The notes beneath the pieces are model-generated. The model ran no database searches and was not told the origin of the DNA. It was given only the letters and a program-made list of their open reading frames with translations. The translations under genes and the position numbers were made by a program. Shown here one piece after another: positions 8,385 through 15,272 of a stretch of DNA of 26,100 bases (position 1 is the stretch's first letter; every line of letters starts with the position of its first letter). Location of the stretch: NCBI GenBank assembly GCA_013153375.1, contig JAADEN010000198.1, positions 1 through 26,100 of the forward strand, in the 5' to 3' direction. Source of the DNA: Chloroflexota bacterium (lineage in GTDB: Bacteria; Chloroflexota; Anaerolineae; Anaerolineales; DRMV01).

Positions 8385-8753
8385 CTACAAATAACGCCGC
8401 AATTGGGCGACGAAAGTATCCACATCAATGGGCTTGGTGATGTAGCCCACACACCCTGCGGCCGCACAGCGCTGCGGCGTATCGCGCAGCACATCCGCGG
8501 TCAACGCCACCACCGGGATGTCGCCGTAACGCGGGTGGGTGGTCAACTGATGGGTGAGGGTGAAGCCGTCAATGCCGGGCAAATGCAAGTCCATCAGAAT
8601 GAGGTCTGGGCGCTGCGTTTGCAGGATCGCCCACATCTGCTCGGCGTTGGCCGCCTCGAGCAGTTCGAAACCCTCGGCCATGAGCAAGCGCCGAATGAGC
8701 ATGCGATTGTCCGCGTTGTCCTCTACATATAAAACGCGCTTCTTTCCGGCCAC
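8385..8753 (-). CDS. Single-domain response regulator RR1 (CheY/DivK-like receiver, 122 aa)
   Basis: YVEDN, PDLILMDLHLPGIDG, IPVVALTA, YITKP. GTG start preceded by GAGGA. Confidence 0.95.
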   Translation of the reverse strand: MAGKKRVLYVEDNADNRMLIRRLLMAEGFELLEAANAEQMWAILQTQRPDLILMDLHLPGIDGFTLTHQLTTHPRYGDIPVVALTADVLRDTPQRCAAAGCVGYITKPIDVDTFVAQLRRYL

Positions 8754-8808
8754 CGGTCCGTTCCTCGACGATGTTCACCCCGCGGCGCGGGCTGTTAAAG
8801 GCCTTTCT

Positions 8809-8838
8809 ATCATAGCACAAAAGGCCCTATTTCGCCAA
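8809..8838 (-). promoter_or_regulatory. Putative sigma70-type promoter of the RR/sensor operon (extended -10)
   Basis: Minus strand TTGGCG-N18-TATGAT with TGn immediately before the -10 (TGCTATGAT), about 55 nt upstream of the RR1 start. Confidence 0.55.
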
Positions 8839-9023
8839 ATGCGAACTTCGAAAGGCCGTCCCGTCCATATAGGTTGGCGGGGGTGGGGGATCCACCTCCG
8901 GTGGGGCCATGGCGCGGGCGCGTGGCGGCGCGGTTTCATCCCCAAAGCCGGCTGGGCCGCGAAAACCGGCGCCTGAGATGCGATTTTGGGGGCCGCCGAA
9001 GGCAAAAAAGGCCCGGCGGGTGC

Positions 9024-9051
9024 TTGACTTTTGCTTCAAAACGGGTATAGT
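9024..9051 (+). promoter_or_regulatory. Near-consensus sigma70 promoter of the Gld-like ABC operon
   Basis: TTGACT (9024-9029), 16-nt spacer, TATAGT (9046-9051). Confidence 0.75.
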
Positions 9052-9109
9052 GAATTACAGCGCAATCCCACCCGGCTCAACGACCGCCTCTGTCCATTTT
9101 TGAATTCAA

Positions 9110-9136
9110 GGCCACCGAGCGGGGTCTTTTATTTTT
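9110..9136 (+). terminator. Terminator-like element inside the 5' leader of the ABC operon
   Basis: GGCC-A-CC-GAGC-GG-GGTC bulged 6-bp stem followed by TTTTATTTTT, 20 nt upstream of ATG 9156. Confidence 0.45.
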
Positions 9137-9155
9137 GCCTCTGGAGAGCGGCAAG

Positions 9156-10175
9156 ATGATCAAAGCGCGCGGCCTCACCAAATACTACGGTCGGCGTCTC
9201 GCCATCGACCACCTGACTTTCGAAGCCCACAAGGGAGAAATCGTGGGCTTTTTGGGTCCCAACGGCGCGGGCAAGACCACCACCATGCGCATCCTCACCG
9301 GCTACATGCCGCCGTCCGACGGCGACGCCTGGGTGGCGGGCTACCATGTGGTGGACGAGTCCCTGGAAGTGCGGCGTCGGGTGGGCTACCTGCCCGAAAA
9401 TGTCGCCCTCTACGACGACATGACCGTGTGGGACTACCTGCGCTTCATGGGCCAGTTGCGTCAGGTGCCCGACCTGGACGAGCGCATCGCGGAGGTGCTG
9501 GAGCGGGTCAACCTGCTGGAGCGCAGCGAGAGTTTCATCGGCAGCCTCTCCCGGGGCATGCGCCAGCGGGTAGGACTGGCCCAGGCCATCCTGCATCGGC
9601 CCGAAGTGCTCATCCTCGACGAACCCACCATGGGCCTGGATCCCGCGCAGCGGGTCGAGGTGCGGGACCTCATCCGCGAGATCGGCCAGGAGCACACGGT
9701 CATGCTCTCGACGCACATCCTCTCCGAAGCGCAGGAGTTGTGCGACCGGGTGCTCATCATCAACGAAGGCCGCATTCTGGCCGAGGACACGCCCGAAGAG
9801 CTGGAGCTGCGGCTGCGCGGCGCGCAGCGGGTGCGGCTGCAGGTGAGCGGCCCGGCCTCCGCGGCCGAGTTGCAAACCCGCCTGGCCGCGCTGCCCGGCG
9901 TGTTGCAGGTGCACGCCGCGGACGCGCAGCACCTGGAGGTGGAGCTCGCGCCCGACGCGGGGCGCGACCTGCGCCCTGTGCTGGCCCGCGCGGTGCTGGA
10001 TGCGGGCTACGACCTGCACGAGATGTGCACCGTCTCCCTCTCGCTGGAGGACATCTTCTTGCAACTCATCCGCGAAGAGGGCGCGAGCGACCAAGAGGCC
10101 GCGGCTGCGGAGCCCTCGGCCACCACCGAGGCCGCATCGTCCCATCCCGCGTCCGAAGCCGACGAGGAGGCCTGA
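9156..10175 (+). CDS. ABC transporter ATP-binding protein (GldA/DrrA-like)
   Basis: Walker A GPNGAGKTT, signature LSRGMRQR, Walker B VLILDEPT, H-loop LSTH. ATG at 9156 follows GGAGAG and is preferred over the track start at 9135. Confidence 0.95.
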   Translation: MIKARGLTKYYGRRLAIDHLTFEAHKGEIVGFLGPNGAGKTTTMRILTGYMPPSDGDAWVAGYHVVDESLEVRRRVGYLPENVALYDDMTVWDYLRFMGQLRQVPDLDERIAEVLERVNLLERSESFIGSLSRGMRQRVGLAQAILHRPEVLILDEPTMGLDPAQRVEVRDLIREIGQEHTVMLSTHILSEAQELCDRVLIINEGRILAEDTPEELELRLRGAQRVRLQVSGPASAAELQTRLAALPGVLQVHAADAQHLEVELAPDAGRDLRPVLARAVLDAGYDLHEMCTVSLSLEDIFLQLIREEGASDQEAAAAEPSATTEAASSHPASEADEEA

Positions 10176-10178
10176 CCC

Positions 10179-10925
10179 ATGCGCACGGTATGGATCATCG
10201 CCCGCCGGGAGTTCCGGCGCTATTTCACCAGCCCGGTCGGTTACCTGGTGTTGTTCCTGTATCTCTTCATCCTGGGGCTCATCGTCAACAACAGCCTGCA
10301 GCAGGCCTACGCGTTCAGCGTGTTCCAGGGGGCCCCGCCGCCGGGGGCCGACATCGTCATCGGCCCGATGCTCACCCTGCTGGTGTTCTCCATCCCCGCG
10401 CTGACCATGCGCCTGCTGGCCGAGGAGCAGGCCAGCGGCACCCTGGAGTTGCTCCTCACCGCGCCCGTGCGCGATTGGGAACTGGTGGTCGGCAAGTGGC
10501 TGGGCGCGTTCTTGTTCGTGGTGGTGCTGTTGGCGCTCACTCTGATCTATCCCCTGGCGCTGCACCTGCTCACCGAGCCGGGGCTGGACTGGGGGCCGGT
10601 CATCAGCGGCTACCTGGGCCTGCTGCTGGTCAGCGCGGCGCTGTTGGCCCTGGGCGTGGCCGTGTCCGCGTTGTTCCGCAGTCAGGTGGCCGCGTTCGTC
10701 GTCACCCTGGCCCTGTTCCTCTTCCTGTGGATGATCAGCAGCCTGGCCTCGGCCGGGAGCCCCAGCGAGGGCGTGCTGCGCTATCTGGATTTCGGCCATC
10801 ACTTCTACACCTCGTTCTTCCGCGGGGTCATTGACCTGCAAGGCGTGGTGTACTACCTCAGTGTGACCGCGTTCGGCCTGTTCGTCGGCACGGTCATCAT
10901 CGAAAGCCGGAGGTGGCGCGGATGA
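10179..10925 (+). CDS. ABC-2 type permease (GldF-like)
   Basis: IARREFRRYFTSPVGY, LTMRLLAEEQASGTLELLLTAPVRDWELVVGKWLG, about 6 TM helices, FGHHFYTSFFRGVIDL. Confidence 0.92.
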   Translation: MRTVWIIARREFRRYFTSPVGYLVLFLYLFILGLIVNNSLQQAYAFSVFQGAPPPGADIVIGPMLTLLVFSIPALTMRLLAEEQASGTLELLLTAPVRDWELVVGKWLGAFLFVVVLLALTLIYPLALHLLTEPGLDWGPVISGYLGLLLVSAALLALGVAVSALFRSQVAAFVVTLALFLFLWMISSLASAGSPSEGVLRYLDFGHHFYTSFFRGVIDLQGVVYYLSVTAFGLFVGTVIIESRRWRG

Positions 10926-12493
10926 ACCCGACGAAAACCTGGCGCACTTGGCTTCCGTGGGTGGCGTTGGGCCTGGCCGTGGTCGGCGCGCTGGTCGCGG
11001 CCGGCGCGTTCTTCATCCTACGGGCCTTCGACACCCCCGTGCGCGTCGGCCTGGCCGTGGCGCTGGTGGGCCTGGCCGCGTTCGTGTACCTGGAACCCGA
11101 GCGGGTGCGCCGCTGGCTCACCGGCCGAGAGGCCCGCTACGGCAGCAACGCGCTGGTGCTGTCCCTGGCCTTCATCGGCATCTTGGCCGCGCTCAACTAC
11201 CTGGCCAGCCTCTACCCCCAGCGCTGGGACCTCACCGAGGACCGCCGCAACACCCTGGCCCCTGAGATCCAGGAAGTGCTGCGGGCCCTGGACGAACCCG
11301 TGACCGCGTACGCGTTCTACTCGGCCAACATCAATCGGGACTACGCGCGCGAGGTCCTGGACAAATTCGCGCTGGCCAGCGAGGGCAAGTTCACCTACAA
11401 GTTCGTGGATCCCATCGCCAACCCCGCGCTGGCCCAGCAATACGGCGTCACCCGCGACGGCACGGTGGTGCTGGTCATGGGCGACCGCCACGAGCAGGTC
11501 CTCTTCCTCTCGGACGAGGAGATCGCCAACGCGCTGGCCCGTCTGATGCGGCCCGAGGAGCGGGTGGTGGTCTTCGTCACCGGCCACGGCGAAGGGGACA
11601 TCGAAACCCTGGGCGAAACGGGCTACTCCCTGCTCAAGGACGAACTCACCAACCGCAACTTCACCGTGCGCACCTGGAGCCTGCCCGCGGAAGGTTCGCT
11701 GCCCGAAGACGCGGATGTGGTCATCTTCGCGGGGCCGACCCAGCCCTTCACCGACAAGGAGCGCCAGGTCATCCAGGACTACCTGGCCAACGGCGGCAGC
11801 GTCATCTTCCTGTTCAACACTTCGGTGGAAGGCGCGGCCGAGCCCGACGCGGACCTGCAGGCCTACCTGGCCGACCAGTGGTTCGTCCAGGTGGACGACA
11901 CGGTGGTGGTGGACACCTCGTCGCCCCAACAGCCCCTCATTGCGGTCGGCATTCCCACCGCGCGGCACCCTGTGACCCAGAAGTTGGCCGGGCTGGTGGT
12001 GCTCTTCCCCGTGGCCCGCAGCGTGCGCGCGCTGGACGGCGCGCCCGCGACCCTCAGCGTCGAGGAACTGCTGCACACCACCGACCGCGCCTGGGCCGAG
12101 ACCGACCTGGCCGCGTTCACCACCTCCACGCCCGAGGGCGCGCAGGTGGCCTACGACGAAGGGGAAGATCTGCCCGGGCCCGTGCCGTTGGTGGTGGTGG
12201 CCCACGACACCCTCACCGACGCCCGCATCGTGGTCGTCGGCGACGCGGACTTCGCCCGCAACGGCTTCTACCAGGCTTACGGCAACGGCCTGTTGCTGCT
12301 CGACGCGGTGGACTGGGCCGCGGGTCAGGAGAACCTGATCACCATCACGCCCAAGCCGCAAACCCAGCGCTACCTCAAGCCCCTGGCCGGTTACGGCTTG
12401 AGCGCGCTGGCGCTGACATCCATCTGCTTGCTGCCCGGTGTGGTGCTGGTCATCGGCGGCGTGGTGTGGTTCCGTCGCCGCATGCGGAGGTGA
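10922..12493 (+). CDS. GldG-family ABC auxiliary component (ABC_transp_aux-like)
   Basis: N-terminal TMs, RWDLTEDRRNTLAPE, FVDP motif, VVFVTGHGEGD, IFAGP, RIVVVGDADF...GNGLLLLDAVDW, C-terminal TM. ATG 10922 overlaps the permease stop (ATGA). Confidence 0.88.
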   Translation: MNPTKTWRTWLPWVALGLAVVGALVAAGAFFILRAFDTPVRVGLAVALVGLAAFVYLEPERVRRWLTGREARYGSNALVLSLAFIGILAALNYLASLYPQRWDLTEDRRNTLAPEIQEVLRALDEPVTAYAFYSANINRDYAREVLDKFALASEGKFTYKFVDPIANPALAQQYGVTRDGTVVLVMGDRHEQVLFLSDEEIANALARLMRPEERVVVFVTGHGEGDIETLGETGYSLLKDELTNRNFTVRTWSLPAEGSLPEDADVVIFAGPTQPFTDKERQVIQDYLANGGSVIFLFNTSVEGAAEPDADLQAYLADQWFVQVDDTVVVDTSSPQQPLIAVGIPTARHPVTQKLAGLVVLFPVARSVRALDGAPATLSVEELLHTTDRAWAETDLAAFTTSTPEGAQVAYDEGEDLPGPVPLVVVAHDTLTDARIVVVGDADFARNGFYQAYGNGLLLLDAVDWAAGQENLITITPKPQTQRYLKPLAGYGLSALALTSICLLPGVVLVIGGVVWFRRRMRR

Positions 12494-12499
12494 GGCGCC

Positions 12500-13138
12500 A
12501 TGATTCGCCGCAGCACATGGATGGTCATTGCCTTGTTTGCGGTCCTGGCCGGGCTGGCCTGGTGGGCCCGGGAACAGAAACAGGCCGCGCCCGAAGATCA
12601 GGCCGAAAGCGAACCCACGGCCACGCCCATGCCGCGGCTGCTGCCCGACCTGGAGCCCGCGGATGTGGAGCGCATCGTGCTCGAAGAGCCGGCCACGGGA
12701 CGGCGGGTCGTGCTGGTGCGCGTGCAGGCCACGCCCACGGCCGAGGCCGAGGGCACACCCGCCCCGCCCGAGGCCGCGGAGCCCCAATGGCGCGTGGAAG
12801 AGCCCGCGGACGCCGAGCCGCCCGAGGCCTGGCGCGTGAACGGCGCGCTGGAAAGCCTGGTCTATGCCCGCATTCTGGCCACCCTGCCCGCGGATACCGA
12901 CCCGGCCACCGTGGGCCTGGCCGGCCCGGCTCAGCGCATCCTCCTGCAAACCCGGGATGGCCGCACCATAACCTTGTGGATCGGCGTATCCACGCCGCTG
13001 CAAAATGGTTACTACTTACGGGTGGACGAAAAGCCCGACATCGTGGCGGTAGGACAATATGGCATTGGTACGCTGTGGGAACTGCTGGACGAGATCGCGC
13101 CTCTAACTGCGACGCCCACGCCGTCACCAACGCCCTAA
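12500..13138 (+). CDS. DUF4340-like membrane-anchored extracytoplasmic protein
   Basis: N-terminal anchor (TWMVIALFAVLAGLAWW), DVERIVLE...WRV...GL..P...ITLWIG..TP..NGYYLRV pattern. Fourth gene of the Gld-type module. Confidence 0.7.
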   Translation: MIRRSTWMVIALFAVLAGLAWWAREQKQAAPEDQAESEPTATPMPRLLPDLEPADVERIVLEEPATGRRVVLVRVQATPTAEAEGTPAPPEAAEPQWRVEEPADAEPPEAWRVNGALESLVYARILATLPADTDPATVGLAGPAQRILLQTRDGRTITLWIGVSTPLQNGYYLRVDEKPDIVAVGQYGIGTLWELLDEIAPLTATPTPSPTP

Positions 13139-13187
13139 AAAATGCATCCAACATAAGGTTGCACCCCAAGGGGTGAGGATGGATAGG

Positions 13188-13216
13188 AAGACAACCGGCA
13201 ATTTTTGATCTACGAT
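13188..13216 (+). promoter_or_regulatory. Putative promoter of the sigma factor gene
   Basis: AAGACA-N17-TACGAT with an AT-rich spacer, about 80 nt upstream of ATG 13299. Confidence 0.45.
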
Positions 13217-13298
13217 AGAAGCGAGGGCCCGCCCCAGGGTCGTCCTTGCGCCCGGGCGCCCCGCGAGTTCGATTCTTTTGAGACGAGGGCAAGGCACG

Positions 13299-14501
13299 AT
13301 GATTGGCGAAGAATTCCTTTATGAAGAAGAATTCTCGGCCGTGGCTCAGTTGGTCGAACTGGGCCGCGAAAAAGGGTATGTGACTTACGACGACATCCTC
13401 CAATTCTTCCCCAAGATCGAAGACGGGGATCTGGATCAGCTGGAGGAGATTTTCGCCGCGCTGATCGGCGCGGGCATCGCATATCTGGAAGACGAACCCG
13501 GCGAAGAGCCCAGCGACGAAGAGTTGCTGGAAGAAGAGGAAGAAACCCCCAAGCCGGCCAAACCCGCGGACGACGAGGACTACCTGGCCAACATTGACAC
13601 CGATGACATGATCGGCCTCTACCTCAAAGAGGTGGGCCGCATCCCCTTGCTGACCGCGGAACAAGAAGTGGAACTGGCCAAGCGCATCGAGGCCGGGCGG
13701 ATGGCGCGCGCCGAGTTGGCTCGGGGCAAGGTCAGCCCCAAACGCCGCGAAGAACTGCGGCGCATCATCGAAGACGGCTGGCGGGCCCGCGAACAACTCA
13801 TCATCGCCAACTCCCGCCTGGTCATCAGCGTGGCCAAGAAGTACATCGGCCGGGGCGTGCCCTTCCTGGACCTCATCCAGGAGGGCAACATCGGCCTCAT
13901 TCGGGCCACCAAGAAGTTCGACTATCGCCGCGGGCACAAGTTCAGCACCTACGCCACCTGGTGGATCCGTCAGGCCGTCACCCGGGCCATCGCGGACCAG
14001 GGCCGCACCATCCGCGTGCCCGTGCACATGGGCGACCAGATCAACAAACTGCTGCGCACCCAGCACCAGTTGACCCAGCGCCTGGGCCGCGAACCCACCA
14101 TCGAGGAACTGGCCAAGGAGTTGGGCATTCCGCCCAAGAAGGTGGAGTACATGATCCAGGTGGCCCGGCATCCCCTCTCGCTGGAGATGCCCACCGACGA
14201 CGACGAGAAGTCGGTGCTGGGCGACTTCATCAAGGACGAAGACGCGCAGGCCCCTGACGAGAACGCCATCCAGGCCCTGCTGCGGGAGCACCTGGAAAAA
14301 CTGCTCAACACCCTGCCCCCGCGCGAGGTGCGCATTCTGCAGTTGCGCTACGGCTTGCTCGACGGCAAGCCCTACACCCTGGAAGAAGTGGGGCGCAAGA
14401 TGGGCATCACCCGCGAGCGGGTGCGGCAAATCGAAGCCCAGGCCCTGGCCCGGCTGCGTAAACCCGAGATTCAACAGCAACTGCGGGAATATCTGAAGTG
14501 A
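13299..14501 (+). CDS. rpoD: RNA polymerase sigma70 factor, RpoD/SigA family (possibly a paralog of the housekeeping sigma)
   Basis: Region 1.1 ([12 protein letters not shown]), 1.2 ([21 protein letters not shown]), 2 ([12 protein letters not shown]...[54 protein letters not shown]), 4.2 ([20 protein letters not shown]). ATG 13299 preferred over the track start at 13278. Confidence 0.9.
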   Translation: MIGEEFLYEEEFSAVAQLVELGREKGYVTYDDILQFFPKIEDGDLDQLEEIFAALIGAGIAYLEDEPGEEPSDEELLEEEEETPKPAKPADDEDYLANIDTDDMIGLYLKEVGRIPLLTAEQEVELAKRIEAGRMARAELARGKVSPKRREELRRIIEDGWRAREQLIIANSRLVISVAKKYIGRGVPFLDLIQEGNIGLIRATKKFDYRRGHKFSTYATWWIRQAVTRAIADQGRTIRVPVHMGDQINKLLRTQHQLTQRLGREPTIEELAKELGIPPKKVEYMIQVARHPLSLEMPTDDDEKSVLGDFIKDEDAQAPDENAIQALLREHLEKLLNTLPPREVRILQLRYGLLDGKPYTLEEVGRKMGITRERVRQIEAQALARLRKPEIQQQLREYLK

Positions 14502-14507
14502 GACGCC

Positions 14508-14533
14508 GGGGGCGATGCGGGCGCATCGCCCCC
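14508..14533. repeat. Perfect inverted repeat between the sigma gene and maf
   Basis: GGGGGCGATGCG-GG-CGCATCGCCCCC, 12-bp arms, no U tract on either strand. Confidence 0.8.
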
Positions 14534-14549
14534 AACGCTTGTTCCGACC

Positions 14550-15203
14550 ATGTCCACCGTAGCCTCCTGTCGTCTGCTCTTGGCCTCGGGCTCCCCGCGG
14601 CGCCGCGAACTGGTGCGCTGGCTGGGTTACCCAGTGCGCGTCCAGGTGCCTCAGGTGGATGAAAGCCTCCGCGCGGGCGAGGCGCCCGCCGCGTATGTGA
14701 CGCGCCTGGCCCGGGCCAAGGCCCTCGCCCTCGCGCCCCAGGCCGCGGCCGACGAAATCGTCCTGGCCGCGGACACGGTGGTGGTGGACCGCGGCCGCAT
14801 CCTGGGCAAACCTCGAGACGCCGCGCACGCGGCCGCGATGCTGCGCGCGTTGCGCGGCCGCGCCCATCAGGTGCTCACGGGCTTCGCGCTGCTCTGGCCG
14901 GCCCGCGACCGCGCCCACAGCGAGGTCGTCACGAGCACCGTGCACATGCGGGACCTCAGCGACGCGGAAATCCAGGCCTACATCGCCAGCCGCGATCCGC
15001 TGGACAAAGCCGGCGCTTACGCGGTCCAAAACACCACCTTTCGGCCCGTCGCGCGGGTGGAGGGCTGCTTCGCCAATGTGGTGGGTTTGCCCGTGTGCGC
15101 GGTCGCGCGGGCCCTCATGGCCTGGGGCTGCCCGCGCGTGCGCGGCATCGTCCCACGCTGCGCGCGGGCCTTCGGGTACAATTGTGCCAGCGGTATTCCT
15201 TAA
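14550..15203 (+). CDS. maf: Maf-family nucleoside triphosphate pyrophosphatase (YhdE type)
   Basis: LLLASGSPRRREL, IVLAADTVV, ILGKP, DKAGAYAVQ, NVVGLP. The R/V/Q positions match the YhdE subfamily. Confidence 0.93.
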   Translation: MSTVASCRLLLASGSPRRRELVRWLGYPVRVQVPQVDESLRAGEAPAAYVTRLARAKALALAPQAAADEIVLAADTVVVDRGRILGKPRDAAHAAAMLRALRGRAHQVLTGFALLWPARDRAHSEVVTSTVHMRDLSDAEIQAYIASRDPLDKAGAYAVQNTTFRPVARVEGCFANVVGLPVCAVARALMAWGCPRVRGIVPRCARAFGYNCASGIP

Positions 15204-15272
15204 GAAAAGGAACTTCGCCAGGCAGCCCGGACCTCTGCGCAGGTACGCGCTGCCCCTGGAACGGATGGAGCC

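Noticed and set aside
1-8753. Chemotaxis (Che) cluster
   Set aside because: No MCP signalling hairpin, CheA, CheW, CheB or CheR motifs in the window.
9100-9130. c-di-GMP-I riboswitch, suggested by CAAGGCCACCG..AGCGGGGT
   Set aside because: The required upstream GGCAAA / GNRA tetraloop / GACGCAAAG elements are absent from the transcribed leader.
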